This document shows, one piece after another, positions 26,000 through 36,506 of a stretch of DNA of 64,000 nucleotides; positions within the stretch are counted from its first letter, which is position 1, and each line of letters starts with the position of its first letter. Source of the DNA: Pseudomonadota bacterium (GTDB lineage Bacteria; Pseudomonadota; Alphaproteobacteria; UBA11222); assembly GCA_049325255.1 (NCBI GenBank), contig JBMOMW010000026.1, forward strand, positions 7,646 to 71,645, written 5' to 3'. The position numbers were made by a program, and so were the translations under genes. The notes under the pieces were generated by a model. That model was not told where the DNA came from, made no database searches, and saw only the letters and a list, made by a program, of their open reading frames with translations.

Positions 26000-26383
26000 A
26001 TGCTGAACATGTACCTGGCGGTTGCGGCGGGCGGCGCTCTGGGATCGGTCGGGCGTTATATTTTTGTGGGGCAGGCGGCGCGGCTATTGGGTGCGGGTTT
26101 CCCCTGGGGCACACTCGGGGTCAATGTCATTGGATCGCTGCTTATGGGGCTGGCTGCGGGCGTCTACGCTGCGCGCGTATCGACGCCGCCCGAAATACAG
26201 GCCTTTATCAGCGTCGGGGTGCTGGGCGGCTTCACCACCTTTTCGGCATTTTCACTGGACGTGGTGCAATTATATGAACGCGGCCAATGGTCGCTGGCAG
26301 TGGTTTATGGCGCCGCCTCGTTTGGTTTATCTCTGGGGGCGCTGCTAATAGGCCTTACATTCATGCGCCGTTTGCTTACATAG
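26000..26383 (+). CDS. crcB: fluoride ion channel CrcB/FluC
   Basis: 127-aa four-TM hydrophobic ORF with GxxTTFSxF-like motif (GGFTTFSAFS). Confidence 0.8.
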   Translation: MLNMYLAVAAGGALGSVGRYIFVGQAARLLGAGFPWGTLGVNVIGSLLMGLAAGVYAARVSTPPEIQAFISVGVLGGFTTFSAFSLDVVQLYERGQWSLAVVYGAASFGLSLGALLIGLTFMRRLLT

Positions 26384-26390
26384 TAAACTC

Positions 26391-27401
26391 ATGAACACAG
26401 CAAAAAATATTGAAGTTGCCGCCGAGGAATCCGGGCTGCGTCTTGACCGGTGGTTCAAGCGCCGCTTTCCGCATCTTGCCCATGGCCGGTTGGAAAAACT
26501 GCTGCGCACCGGTCAGGTGCGGGTGGATGGCGGCCGGGTCAAGGCGGGCTTTCGCCTGGACGCCGGGCAGCAGGTGCGCGTACCGCCTTTGCAGACAGAA
26601 GAGACGGTGGCGCAGGAAAATTATAAACCGGTACCCGCAAAACTTTCGCGCACGGACCGCGCGATGATGCAGGACGCTGTTCTGTATAATGACGGTACGG
26701 TTATTGCGATCAACAAACCGGCCGGGCTGGCGGTGCAGGGTGGCTCAGGCACTTCGCGTCATGTGGATGGCATGCTGGACGCCCTGCGCGAAGAAGGCGG
26801 CGAAAGGCCACGTCTGGTGCACCGGCTGGATCGCGACACCAGCGGGGTGCTTTTGCTGGCCAGCACAGTGAACGCAGCGGCAAGGTTCGGTCAGGCTTTT
26901 CGCAGCCGCGAGGCGCGCAAAATTTACTGGGCGCTTACCGTTGGCGTGCCGTCCCCACGCCAGGGCCGCATCCGTGCGCCACTGGCGAAACTGAACGGCG
27001 AGGGCGCCTGGGAAGACCGTGAACGGGTCAGCGCGGTTGAGGCCGATGATCCACGCGGCAAGCCCGCCGACACCCTGTACAAGGTCATCGACGTGGTGGG
27101 CCAGCATGTGGCCTGGGTCGCGTTCATGCCGCTGACGGGGCGCACACATCAATTGCGCGCCCATGCGGCGCTGCTGGGAACGCCCATTGTTGGTGATCGT
27201 AAATATGGCGGCGACAGGGCGCTGGTCGAAGGCATTGCGCCAAAGCTGCATCTGCATGCGTGCTCGCTTGAAATTCCGCATCCCGATGGGGGCATAATCT
27301 CGGTAACCGCGCCGCTACCGGATCATATGCAGGAAACCTGGAAATTTTTTGGATTTGACGCGAACACCTCCGGGGATCCATTTCTGGAGTGGGATCAGTG
27401 A
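26391..27401 (+). CDS. RluA/RluC/RluD-family 23S rRNA pseudouridine synthase (S4-like N-domain plus catalytic domain)
   Basis: 336-aa ORF with catalytic HRLDRDTSGVLL motif. Confidence 0.85.
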   Translation: MNTAKNIEVAAEESGLRLDRWFKRRFPHLAHGRLEKLLRTGQVRVDGGRVKAGFRLDAGQQVRVPPLQTEETVAQENYKPVPAKLSRTDRAMMQDAVLYNDGTVIAINKPAGLAVQGGSGTSRHVDGMLDALREEGGERPRLVHRLDRDTSGVLLLASTVNAAARFGQAFRSREARKIYWALTVGVPSPRQGRIRAPLAKLNGEGAWEDRERVSAVEADDPRGKPADTLYKVIDVVGQHVAWVAFMPLTGRTHQLRAHAALLGTPIVGDRKYGGDRALVEGIAPKLHLHACSLEIPHPDGGIISVTAPLPDHMQETWKFFGFDANTSGDPFLEWDQ

Positions 27402-27406
27402 ACTGG

Positions 27407-29383
27407 ATGCCGCGGTGGATAAAGGTTGCTGCGGCATTTATCGCTGTACTGGTTTTAATTCTGGGTGGTGCGGCAATTTATCTCGCTGCATATCCGGTTG
27501 ATCTATCGGACTTGCGCCATGAAATTGCCGCAGAACTGCAAGCGGCGACAGGGCGCGATATCAAGATTACCGGGAAAATTATTCTCGGGGTTTCGCTGAC
27601 CCCAACCCTGGATGTGGAAGGGCTGGAAATCGCGAACCTGAAATGGGGCAGGGCGGAAAAGTTTGTCACCGTCGGGCGCACGAAAATCCGTGTACATCTG
27701 TTTCCATTATTGCAGGGCCGTGCAGATATCATTTCAATTGCGGCAGAGCGTGCTGTTGTGCATCTTGAAACCGATGGTGTTGCGCAACGCAACTGGACAT
27801 TACTGGCGCAAGCGGTAACGGAAGATGGCGAGGAAGCGCGGATACCTGAGATCGAAGAAATTTTAATCAGCGATATCCTAATAGATTATCGCGACATCGT
27901 TGATCCCAAAATACGCTACAGCCTGCATCTTGAGAAAGCTTCGCTGACCCATGATGTGGTCAACGGCATTGGCAGCTATTCGATTTTGGGCAAACTTGGG
28001 GACCATAGCATTGAGGCGGACGGGAAAGTGGCGCCGCTATACACGATCAGTGTGGAGCAACCCCGGCAATTTGATATGAAGGCGCAGGTTTTTGGCATGA
28101 GCCTGACCGCCGATGGCAGTGCAAAATTTCCATTCATTGAATTTACCTATGCAGATTTTACCCTTGAAGCGCCAAAAGGCTTAACCCAGGCAGCGGCTTA
28201 TTTTGGGGTCAGTCTGCCAAATATTGGCGCCACGAAAATATCCGGCAACCTGACGCCGGTAGAATATGACCTGCATTTTGGCAACCTTACTGGCGAAGTG
28301 GGTGATGTCGATCTAGCTGGATTTATCATTGTTGGCATGAGCGCGCCCCATAAAGTCACATCCGATCTGCGATCGGAAGCGCTTGATATTGAACCTTATT
28401 GGAACATGCTTCCGGCGTCGGCGCCGCCACCGGGAAAAGTTTTTTTTAATAATCCAATAAAACTGGAACTGCCTGAAACCGTTGAGCTGCAATTTCGCTA
28501 TGCCGTTAAATCCCTGAAAATGGGCGGTCATACATATGCCAACCTTCTTCTGGATGGGCAGTTGGAAAAAAACATTCTCCGTTTCAAACATCTTGATCTG
28601 GATGTGGCCGACGGCAGAATGGCAAACAGCCTGACATTGGCGCCACAGGCGGACGCCCTGTCATTATCCATTCAGAGCAATGTGACAGGTGTCGATGTAG
28701 GCAAGCTGTTGAAGCAATTTGAGATGCCAAAATACGTCAAGGGAAAGGCATATTTATTGCTGGAAGGCGAGAGCCTTGGCGCCACCATGGCGGAATTAGC
28801 AGCCGGATTTGATGGACGCGCCTATCTTGAAATGCGAGAGGGAGCCATTCCAGTACGTCTTTCATCCCTGCTTAGGGGGGGCATTACGGATATATTTCGT
28901 TCGATCGAGGGCATGTTCGAGGGCGCTGGAAAGGATGCCAGGATCAGGTGTGGTTTTGGCGCCTTTGTCATTAATGGCGGCGTGGCCGAAAACAAGGCGC
29001 TGCTTATGATTACCGACAAGGCGGTTGTGACCGGCAAAGGCAGCATTGATCTTGGACAGGAGCGGTTGAAAATGCGCTTGTCGCCAAGACCGTATGACAA
29101 GAGCCTGATCAGTCTGGCCAGCGATGTGGACATTCGCGGCACGCTCGTTTCCCCTGAGTTTCACCTGAGTAAGGGGTCGGTGGCAAAGAACGTGGGAAAG
29201 ACCGCGTTAGGAGTAGCGCTTGGGCCGCTTGGCATGGTTCTTGGCGTAGCGGGCTCCATCATATCAAAGCCCGGTGACAAATCAGAAAACGGTCAATGCG
29301 CCACCACAAAGGCGGACGCTTTCACGGCGCTGCAGGAGTCCGGTGCGTGGCCGGAGCTTAACCAGTTGGATGCCGCGCGGTAA
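27407..29383 (+). CDS. AsmA-family outer-membrane assembly protein
   Basis: ORF 27389..29383. N-terminal membrane anchor MPRWIKVAAAFIAVLVLILGG followed by a long beta-rich periplasmic region. The start is ambiguous among GTG 27389, GTG 27398 and ATG 27407. Confidence 0.7.
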   Translation: MPRWIKVAAAFIAVLVLILGGAAIYLAAYPVDLSDLRHEIAAELQAATGRDIKITGKIILGVSLTPTLDVEGLEIANLKWGRAEKFVTVGRTKIRVHLFPLLQGRADIISIAAERAVVHLETDGVAQRNWTLLAQAVTEDGEEARIPEIEEILISDILIDYRDIVDPKIRYSLHLEKASLTHDVVNGIGSYSILGKLGDHSIEADGKVAPLYTISVEQPRQFDMKAQVFGMSLTADGSAKFPFIEFTYADFTLEAPKGLTQAAAYFGVSLPNIGATKISGNLTPVEYDLHFGNLTGEVGDVDLAGFIIVGMSAPHKVTSDLRSEALDIEPYWNMLPASAPPPGKVFFNNPIKLELPETVELQFRYAVKSLKMGGHTYANLLLDGQLEKNILRFKHLDLDVADGRMANSLTLAPQADALSLSIQSNVTGVDVGKLLKQFEMPKYVKGKAYLLLEGESLGATMAELAAGFDGRAYLEMREGAIPVRLSSLLRGGITDIFRSIEGMFEGAGKDARIRCGFGAFVINGGVAENKALLMITDKAVVTGKGSIDLGQERLKMRLSPRPYDKSLISLASDVDIRGTLVSPEFHLSKGSVAKNVGKTALGVALGPLGMVLGVAGSIISKPGDKSENGQCATTKADAFTALQESGAWPELNQLDAAR

Positions 29384-29386
29384 TTG

Positions 29387-29938
29387 TCAGGGGCTGGGCG
29401 TCAGTCGCACAAAGTCGCGGTCATCAATGGAAACAAGTTCCGCCGCTTCCTGGGCAAATGGCTCAAAACCCATGCGCTGGTAGAGCGGCAGGGCGCGCGG
29501 ATGATCGAGCGTGCAGGTCTGTACTTGCAGGCGCTGGACTTTATCGCGCCATGCAATCGAGATGGCTTGCGCCAACAGGAAACGGCTCAGGCCGATCCCT
29601 GAAAACTCAGGCATCAATCCAAAGAACACCAGATCAACATCCGGCATGTTTCTGAAATCCAGTTCGAAAAACCCTGCCGGTACGCCTCCAGCATAAAGCA
29701 CATAGATCTCCACCTGATCATGGTGAATGATCTCGGCCAGTTCTTCGTCGGACATGCGCTTGCGGTTCACCCAAGCATAATCGCGGCCCACCATGTGATA
29801 CAGATAGCGGTAAAAATGCAAAGTGGGTTTTTCAGCCCGCAACAGCGCGTAGTTACGCAATGGCGGCGCCACATGTAACAGCAGCGGCTTTTTACGCATC
29901 TCCAGAAATGTAACGGTGGTGCGAAGCGTCTTTGGCAT
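29387..29938 (-). CDS. GNAT-family N-acetyltransferase
   Basis: 183-aa ORF with GNAT-like core (…LMPEFSGIGLSRFLL…). Convergent with asmA (3-nt gap). Confidence 0.6.
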   Translation of the reverse strand: MPKTLRTTVTFLEMRKKPLLLHVAPPLRNYALLRAEKPTLHFYRYLYHMVGRDYAWVNRKRMSDEELAEIIHHDQVEIYVLYAGGVPAGFFELDFRNMPDVDLVFFGLMPEFSGIGLSRFLLAQAISIAWRDKVQRLQVQTCTLDHPRALPLYQRMGFEPFAQEAAELVSIDDRDFVRLTPSP

Positions 29939-29951
29939 CTAGCGCCTTTTT

Positions 29952-30800
29952 CTACTTCTCAACAGGCAGGTCATTCCTGCCCCCCCATTCCGCCCATGAC
30001 CCGTCATACAGTGCGACCGCCTTGTGCCCCAGCCTGTGCAGGGCCAGAAATACAATGGCTGCCGTGACCCCGGACCCGCAACTATTGACGACCGGCTTGG
30101 ACATATCAATGCCAGCTTCCTGGACGACGCGGCGCAGTTCCTCTATCGGCAGCATGGTGCCGTCCGGGGCCAGCAGGCGTGCATAAGGCAGATTGATGGC
30201 GCCTGGAATATGCCCCGGCCGCACGCCGGGGCGGGGTTCCGGTTCAGTGCCCTTGAAACGTCCCGGCCCGCGCGCATCGACCACCTGTTCGGCCCCGGTG
30301 CGTAGATTTTCCAGCATCTGTCCCACGTCACGCAGAATGAAACGGTTCAGCCGCGCCGTGAAATGCCGTTCGCGTGGCATCGGCGGCATGTCCTCAACTG
30401 GCCGGCCTTCTGCCTGCCATTTGGCAAAGCCGCCATCCAGTACGGCGACATCTTCATGTCCCATGGCGCGAAACATCCACCATACCCGCGCGGCGCTGAA
30501 AATGCCTGCGCCATCATAAACGATGATCCGGTTGCCATCCCCCAGCCCCAGCTTGCGCATACGGCTGGCGAATTTTTCCTGGCTCGGCAACATATGCGGC
30601 AGGGGCGATGCAGTGTCGCTGATCTCATCAATATCAAAGAACACGGCGCCGGGAATGTGGGCGGCCTTATATTCCGCCCTGGCGTCGCGTCCGGCGTCCG
30701 GCAGATACCAGGATGCATCCACCACCCGCACATCCGGTGCGTTCAGGTGTTGCGCCAGCCATTCTGTGCTTACCAGCGTATTTGGAATATCATTTGCCAT
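29952..30800 (-). CDS. sseA: 3-mercaptopyruvate/thiosulfate sulfurtransferase (tandem rhodanese domains)
   Basis: 282-aa ORF with two rhodanese modules and active-site CGSGVTA. Confidence 0.85.
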   Translation of the reverse strand: MANDIPNTLVSTEWLAQHLNAPDVRVVDASWYLPDAGRDARAEYKAAHIPGAVFFDIDEISDTASPLPHMLPSQEKFASRMRKLGLGDGNRIIVYDGAGIFSAARVWWMFRAMGHEDVAVLDGGFAKWQAEGRPVEDMPPMPRERHFTARLNRFILRDVGQMLENLRTGAEQVVDARGPGRFKGTEPEPRPGVRPGHIPGAINLPYARLLAPDGTMLPIEELRRVVQEAGIDMSKPVVNSCGSGVTAAIVFLALHRLGHKAVALYDGSWAEWGGRNDLPVEK

Positions 30801-30806
30801 TGTGAG

Positions 30807-31805
30807 TTATAACCAATCGGGGGTGGGAAGGTTTTTAGTTCTTAGAAATTCCGGGTTGAACAGCTTGCTTTGGTAACGGGTACCGAAATCGCACAGGATT
30901 GTGACGATACGATGCCCCGGCCCCATTTGCTGCGCCAATCGGATAGCGCCCGCCACATTGATGCCGGTTGATCCGCCCATGCACAGGCCCTCGGCGCGCA
31001 GTAAATCATATATCACGGGCAGGGCTTCCTTATCCGGGATATTGAAGGATTCATCGATGGGCGCGCCCTCAAGATTGGCGGTGACGCGGCCCTGGCCGAT
31101 CCCCTCGGTAATGGAATCCCCGACGGCTTTCAGTTCGCCGGTTTTGATCCAGCTATGAATGGCCGAACCATCGGGGTCCGCGCAGGCGGTGATGATGTTG
31201 CGGTTGCGCTCCTTCAACGCCATGGAAACACCGGCAAGTGTGCCGCCAGTTCCGACCGAGCAGATAAAGCCGTCGATTTTACCGTCAGTCTGGTCCCAGA
31301 TTTCCGGGCCGGTTCCTTTGTAATGGGCGTTGCGATTGGCCACATTGTCAAACTGATTGGCCCAGATCGCGCCAGCCGGTTCCTTTGCATTAAGTTCTTC
31401 CGCCAATCTTCCGGAATATTTAACATAATTGTTTTCATCGCGATACGGAACGGCAGGCACCTCAACCAGTTTGGCGCCGGTCAGGCGGATCATGTCTTTC
31501 TTTTCCTGCGACTGGGTGTCGGGAATGACAATGACCGTGCGAAACCCCAATGCATTGCCGACCAGCGCCAGGCCAATGCCGGTATTACCGGCCGTGCCTT
31601 CCACAATGACGCCGCCGGGTTTCAGCCGCCCCGTCGCAATGGCGTCACGGATAATATAAAGCGCTGCCCTGTCCTTGACCGACTGGCCGGGGTTCATGAA
31701 TTCCGCCTTGGCCAGAATGTCGCAGCCCGTTGCGTCCGACGCCTTGCGCAGCCGGATAAGCGGGGTGTTGCCAATGGAATCGATCAGGCCGTTTTTTATT
31801 TCCAT
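30807..31805 (-). CDS. cysK: cysteine synthase (PLP-dependent, CysK/CysM family)
   Basis: 332-aa ORF with PLP-lysine motif SVKDR and GTGGT loop. Confidence 0.85.
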   Translation of the reverse strand: MEIKNGLIDSIGNTPLIRLRKASDATGCDILAKAEFMNPGQSVKDRAALYIIRDAIATGRLKPGGVIVEGTAGNTGIGLALVGNALGFRTVIVIPDTQSQEKKDMIRLTGAKLVEVPAVPYRDENNYVKYSGRLAEELNAKEPAGAIWANQFDNVANRNAHYKGTGPEIWDQTDGKIDGFICSVGTGGTLAGVSMALKERNRNIITACADPDGSAIHSWIKTGELKAVGDSITEGIGQGRVTANLEGAPIDESFNIPDKEALPVIYDLLRAEGLCMGGSTGINVAGAIRLAQQMGPGHRIVTILCDFGTRYQSKLFNPEFLRTKNLPTPDWL

Positions 31806-31836
31806 ATCTCCATTATCCCCAACGGCACTGTTTCAA

Positions 31837-32502
31837 TCAAGTGGCGGCAGACACGGATATGCCCGATTCCTGTAAGATGCGCATACGGTTAAGTTCCAGC
31901 CATTGCAGGGCAAAAGCAAGGGTGACATTGCTGATCCGCCCCTCGGTAATGCCGCGTAACGCCACGTCGCGCTTCATGACGATAACACGGATATCCTCAT
32001 CTTCATGATCCAGCCCATGAACGCCGCCAACCCCTTCTGTATCTGTTATTGCGCAGAAATAATGGATTTTCTCGGCGATGCAACCTGGGCTTTGATAAAA
32101 AGCGCCCATGGGGAAAAATTTCCCCGGATGACATCCGGCCTCCTCAACCGCTTCGCGCCGGGCCACATCTTCGGGAGCCTCGCCGGGTTCAAAACGGCCT
32201 GCGATGGTCTCGACCAGCCAGGCACCCTGCGGGTTGGATTCTCCCTCGTTGGCATAAGGCCCGGCCCGGAACTGTTCAATCAGCACGACACAATCACGCG
32301 CCGGGTCATAGGGCAGCACAACGACCGCATCGCCTGAAATAAATACTTCACGCTGAATGGGTTGGGTCCATCCCCCGTCATGGCGGCGATGTCGCACACA
32401 ATAACGATCCACTGCGAAATATCCCGAAAATGTACGCTCACGCGATATCAGATCAACATCTCCGGGGCCAAATGACGGCGTGGGCCAGGTATCTTTCGGC
32501 AT
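31837..32502 (-). CDS. NUDIX hydrolase (ADP-ribose pyrophosphatase-like)
   Basis: 221-aa ORF with Nudix box GRFEPGEAPEDVARREAVEEAG. Confidence 0.8.
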   Translation of the reverse strand: MPKDTWPTPSFGPGDVDLISRERTFSGYFAVDRYCVRHRRHDGGWTQPIQREVFISGDAVVVLPYDPARDCVVLIEQFRAGPYANEGESNPQGAWLVETIAGRFEPGEAPEDVARREAVEEAGCHPGKFFPMGAFYQSPGCIAEKIHYFCAITDTEGVGGVHGLDHEDEDIRVIVMKRDVALRGITEGRISNVTLAFALQWLELNRMRILQESGISVSAAT

Positions 32503-32633
32503 CTGAACACTCTTTCTAATTAGCAGGATAAGAGAAAAATTTAAATCTATAGGTTAACTTGTATTCAGTTTTCCCCCATGCGTTTCAATGTTTTAGGGAT
32601 GAGAATTCATGTCCCGGCACTATATTGGATTTT

Positions 32634-33422
32634 ATGAGCAAATTGGTATCAGTAAAACCAGCCGACGGCTGTGCCTGGGTAACCGGGGCAAGTTCCGGTA
32701 TTGGCCGGGCGGTTGCGCTGGCGCTCGTGCGTGAAGGATGGCGGGTAATTGCCAGTGCGCGCGGATCAGGCGGATTGGCGTCTTTGGCGTGCGAAGCTGC
32801 CGGCCTGAAAGGTTCGGTCCATCCTTATCCGCTAGATGTCGCGAATGCACAGCAGGTGGCGGATGAATTTGCGGCATTCACCCAGGCGCACGGCTCCGTT
32901 GCGCTGGCGGTCTTGAACGCGGGCATATACCTTCCGGTCGAAATTTCCGGTACCCTTGATCCCGCTCTGTTTGCGCAGAGCATGCAGGTCAATTATATGG
33001 GGGTTGTAAATTGCTTAGCGCCCCTTGTCCCGGCGCAGATATCGCATGGGCGGGGCCATGTGGTCATTGTTTCATCGGTTACCGGCTATGGTGGCCTGCC
33101 ACGGGCGGCGGCCTATGGCCCGACCAAGGCGGCATTAATCAATCTGGCGGAAAGCCTGAAGTTTGATTTGGATCGCGCCGGGATAGGTATCAGTGTGGTT
33201 TGCCCGGGATTTGTCGATACCCCCGCCACGGCGGACAATCCGTTTCCCATGCCGTTTCTGATATCTGCGGACATGGCCGCGCAGCGCATCCTTCAGGGCC
33301 TTCAGGAAGGCCGTTTTGAAATTACCTTCCCGCGTCGCTTTACCTACGGGTTAAAGCTTCTGAATATGCTGCCCTACCGGCTATATTTCCTTTTGGTAAA
33401 GCGTATTACCGGCTGGCGTTAA
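32634..33422 (+). CDS. SDR-family short-chain dehydrogenase/reductase
   Basis: ORF 32559..33422 begins with TTG. The ATG at 32634 gives MSKLV...VTGASSGIGRAVA (TGxxxGIG cofactor motif). YxxxK motif downstream. Confidence 0.8.
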   Translation: MSKLVSVKPADGCAWVTGASSGIGRAVALALVREGWRVIASARGSGGLASLACEAAGLKGSVHPYPLDVANAQQVADEFAAFTQAHGSVALAVLNAGIYLPVEISGTLDPALFAQSMQVNYMGVVNCLAPLVPAQISHGRGHVVIVSSVTGYGGLPRAAAYGPTKAALINLAESLKFDLDRAGIGISVVCPGFVDTPATADNPFPMPFLISADMAAQRILQGLQEGRFEITFPRRFTYGLKLLNMLPYRLYFLLVKRITGWR

Positions 33423-34579
33423 GGCGCGCCGGGAACTGGCACCAGAATAATTTTGTTGCCCTTCATGGCAATGGCCAGTCTGCCATGTTTCAGATCCAGC
33501 GCCGCCAGACCAAACATTTCCCGCCGCCAGCCATGCATGGCTGGCACATCGGCATTGTCATCCATTGCAATACGATCCAGATCGGAACTGTTGGCGACCA
33601 GTTTACTGGCCACGCCATCCTGTTCACATTTGATCTTCAGCAGCACCTTCAGCAATTCGACTGTGCCGCCGGTCGATGGACCGGGCGCGTCACGGTCTGG
33701 CAGTGGCGGCAGGTCCGCCTCCGGCAGTTCTACACCCAGGCGAATCGCCGCCAGCAGGGAGGCGCCCAGCTTGCCGTCCGCAAAGCCGGAGGTGACCGAG
33801 CGCATCTTGCCCATCTCGGCAAGCGTATGCGGGGGATGCGCCGCGATTTCCAGCAGCGCCTCATCCCGGATCACCCGGCTGCGGGGCAGGTCACGCGCCT
33901 GCGCCTCGGTCTCGCGCCATGCGGCAATTTCGCGCAGTACGCCCAGGAAGCGGCGGTTGCCACCGCGCGTTTTGATGCGCAGCCAGGCTTCGCGCGGCTC
34001 CGTTACATAGGTTTTGGGATCGGTGAGCGTGGCCATTTCTTCGGACAGCCAGGCCTCGCGCCGGTTTTTGTGTAATTCGCGCGCCAGCCATTCATACACG
34101 CCGCGCAAATGGGTGACGTCCTGCATGGCGTATTTCAACTGACGCTCGCTCAATGGCCGCACCGACCAGTCGCTGAAGCGGGAGCTTTTATCGATATGCA
34201 CCTTGCTGATTTTACGGGCCAGCGTGTCATAGCCAACCGAATCGCCAAAACCGCACACCATGGCCGCCACCTGGGTATCGAACATGGGCTTGGGGATGAC
34301 CCCGCCATCATGGTGGAAGATCTCCACATCCTGGCGCGCCGCATGAAACACCTTCAGCACTGCCGTATTGGCCATCAGATCATAGAGCGGCGACAGATCC
34401 ATGCCCGGCGCCAGTGGGTCGATGATCAGTTCATCCTCCGGCCCGGCAATCTGCACGAGGCAAAGCTTTGGCCAAAAGGTTTTTTCCCGAAGAAATTCGG
34501 TATCTACGGTAATATACGGGGCGTGGGCTAGCCGCGCGCAACAAGCCGTCAGTTCATGCGTGTCTGTGATTACTTTCAT
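33419..34579 (-). CDS. rnd: ribonuclease D
   Basis: 386-aa ORF with DEDDy exonuclease motifs (ITVDTEF..) and HRDC region. 4-nt overlap with the SDR stop on the opposite strand. Confidence 0.85.
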   Translation of the reverse strand: MKVITDTHELTACCARLAHAPYITVDTEFLREKTFWPKLCLVQIAGPEDELIIDPLAPGMDLSPLYDLMANTAVLKVFHAARQDVEIFHHDGGVIPKPMFDTQVAAMVCGFGDSVGYDTLARKISKVHIDKSSRFSDWSVRPLSERQLKYAMQDVTHLRGVYEWLARELHKNRREAWLSEEMATLTDPKTYVTEPREAWLRIKTRGGNRRFLGVLREIAAWRETEAQARDLPRSRVIRDEALLEIAAHPPHTLAEMGKMRSVTSGFADGKLGASLLAAIRLGVELPEADLPPLPDRDAPGPSTGGTVELLKVLLKIKCEQDGVASKLVANSSDLDRIAMDDNADVPAMHGWRREMFGLAALDLKHGRLAIAMKGNKIILVPVPGAP

Positions 34580-34691
34580 AAGGCTAGCTATACTGGATCA
34601 GGCCCGTTTCGTCGCGCAAAAACGGCCAGCACACTTGACAATTAGCGGGCTTGTGTGCGCTTCTCCCCCCGGTTTATGAGGAAAAGAGGCA

Positions 34692-36506
34692 ATGCACCAA
34701 TACCGTACCCATACCTGCGGCGAATTACGCCCTGAACATGTCGGTGATACTGTGCGCCTGTCTGGCTGGGTGCACCGCAAGCGCGACCATGGCGGGTTGA
34801 TATTCATCGATTTGCGCGATCATTACGGCCTGACCCAATGCGTGCTGGATCCGTCATCCCCCGTCTTTGCAGCGGTCGAGCAGGTGCGCCCGGAATGGGT
34901 GATTACCCTTACCGGAACCGTGGTCGCCCGTGGCGCCGACACCGTCAACGCCAATCTGCCGACAGGCACGGTTGAACTGGCCATCAGGGATTTTGCCCTG
35001 ATCTCGCAGGCGCAGGAATTGCCTATGCCGGTGTTTGGCGAACAGAATTACCCGGAAGAAATCCGTTTGCGTAACCGCTTCCTGGATTTGCGCCGGGAGA
35101 AACTGCACCGCAATATCATGCTGCGCAGCCGGGTGATCGCAAGTCTGCGCCGCCGCATGGAAGGGCAGGGCTTTACCGAATTCCAGACCCCGATCCTGAC
35201 CGCAAGCAGTCCCGAAGGCGCGCGCGACTTTCTGGTGCCCAGCCGCATGCATCCGGGTAAGTTCTACGCACTTCCCCAGGCGCCGCAGCAATTCAAGCAG
35301 TTGATCATGGTGGCGGGCTTTGACCGCTATTTCCAGATCGCGCCCTGCTTTCGCGATGAAGACGCCCGCGCCGACCGTTCACCGGGCGAGTTCTATCAGC
35401 TTGATATCGAAATGTCGTTTGTCACCCAGGAAGACATCTTCGCCGCCGTCGAGCCGGTCTTGCACGGGGTGTTCGAGGAATTTGCCGATGGCCGCACCGT
35501 GCCGCCACGTCCTTTTCCGCGCATTCCCTATTCCGAAGCCATGCTGAAATATGGCAGCGACAAACCGGATTTGCGCAACCCGATTGAAATTTGCGATTTG
35601 ACGGAATTTTTTGCGCTGGATGCGGTCACGTTTAACGCCTTCAAGAAACCGATTGCTGCGGGCGGCGTGGTGCGTGCGATCCCCGCCCCTGGCGCTGCGG
35701 CGCAACCGCGCAGTTTCTTCGATAGGCTGAACGAATGGGCGCGCACCGATATGGGTGCGCCGGGCCTTGGCTATGTCATTCTGGAAGAAGAGGCGGGCGC
35801 GCTGGTGGGGCGTGGCCCCATCGCCAAGTTTATTCCCGGCGATATTCTGGCGCAGATGGCGGCGCGGGCAAAGGCCAAAGCAGGCGACGCCATCTTCTTC
35901 GCCTGCGACAAGCCCAATCAGGCGGCGGCATTGGCGGGCGCGGCGCGCATGCGCATTGGCGAACAGTTGGAGATTTGTGAAAAGAATGTTTTCCGCTTCT
36001 GCTGGATTGTTGACTTCCCTATGTTCGAACTGGACGAGAAGACCGGCAAAATAGATTTCGCCCATAATCCGTTTTCCATGCCCCAGGGGGGGCTGGAAGC
36101 GCTGGACAGCGTCGATCCGCTCGGCATCAAGGCCTATCAGTATGACATTGTCTGTAATGGCACGGAGCTTTCTTCGGGCGCGGTGCGTAACCACCGCCCC
36201 GACATCATGTACAAGGCGTTCGCCATTGCAGGCTATGACACCGCCACAGTGGATAGCCGGTTTGGCGGCATGATTTCCGCCTTCAAATATGGCGCGCCAC
36301 CGCATGGCGGCATTGCGCCCGGCGTTGACCGCATCGTCATGCTGCTGGCGGACGAGCCGAATATCCGCGAGGTCATTCTGTTCCCGATGAACCAGCAGGC
36401 GCAGGATTTGCTGATGAATGCACCGGCTAGAGTTTCTCCGGAACAGCTGCGCGAATTGCATATTCGCATTGCCCTGCCGCCGTCTGTTGAAAAGAAAAAG
36501 GATTAG
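34692..36506 (+). CDS. aspS: aspartate--tRNA ligase
   Basis: 604-aa [16 protein letters not shown].. with class II aaRS motifs (FRDEDxRADR, GGIAPGVDR). Confidence 0.95.
   Translation: MHQYRTHTCGELRPEHVGDTVRLSGWVHRKRDHGGLIFIDLRDHYGLTQCVLDPSSPVFAAVEQVRPEWVITLTGTVVARGADTVNANLPTGTVELAIRDFALISQAQELPMPVFGEQNYPEEIRLRNRFLDLRREKLHRNIMLRSRVIASLRRRMEGQGFTEFQTPILTASSPEGARDFLVPSRMHPGKFYALPQAPQQFKQLIMVAGFDRYFQIAPCFRDEDARADRSPGEFYQLDIEMSFVTQEDIFAAVEPVLHGVFEEFADGRTVPPRPFPRIPYSEAMLKYGSDKPDLRNPIEICDLTEFFALDAVTFNAFKKPIAAGGVVRAIPAPGAAAQPRSFFDRLNEWARTDMGAPGLGYVILEEEAGALVGRGPIAKFIPGDILAQMAARAKAKAGDAIFFACDKPNQAAALAGAARMRIGEQLEICEKNVFRFCWIVDFPMFELDEKTGKIDFAHNPFSMPQGGLEALDSVDPLGIKAYQYDIVCNGTELSSGAVRNHRPDIMYKAFAIAGYDTATVDSRFGGMISAFKYGAPPHGGIAPGVDRIVMLLADEPNIREVILFPMNQQAQDLLMNAPARVSPEQLRELHIRIALPPSVEKKKD

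Noticed and set aside
32559-32633. N-terminal extensions given by the ORF track for several genes: SDR from TTG 32559; rpoC from 141; rpsL from 4636; DegP-like from 23146; rarA from 24608; accC to 46574; accB to 46998; DUF482 to 49400.
   Set aside because: The extensions lack family-conserved sequence and often overlap upstream genes. Internal starts reproduce the canonical N-termini ([42 protein letters not shown]) with plausible RBS spacing.
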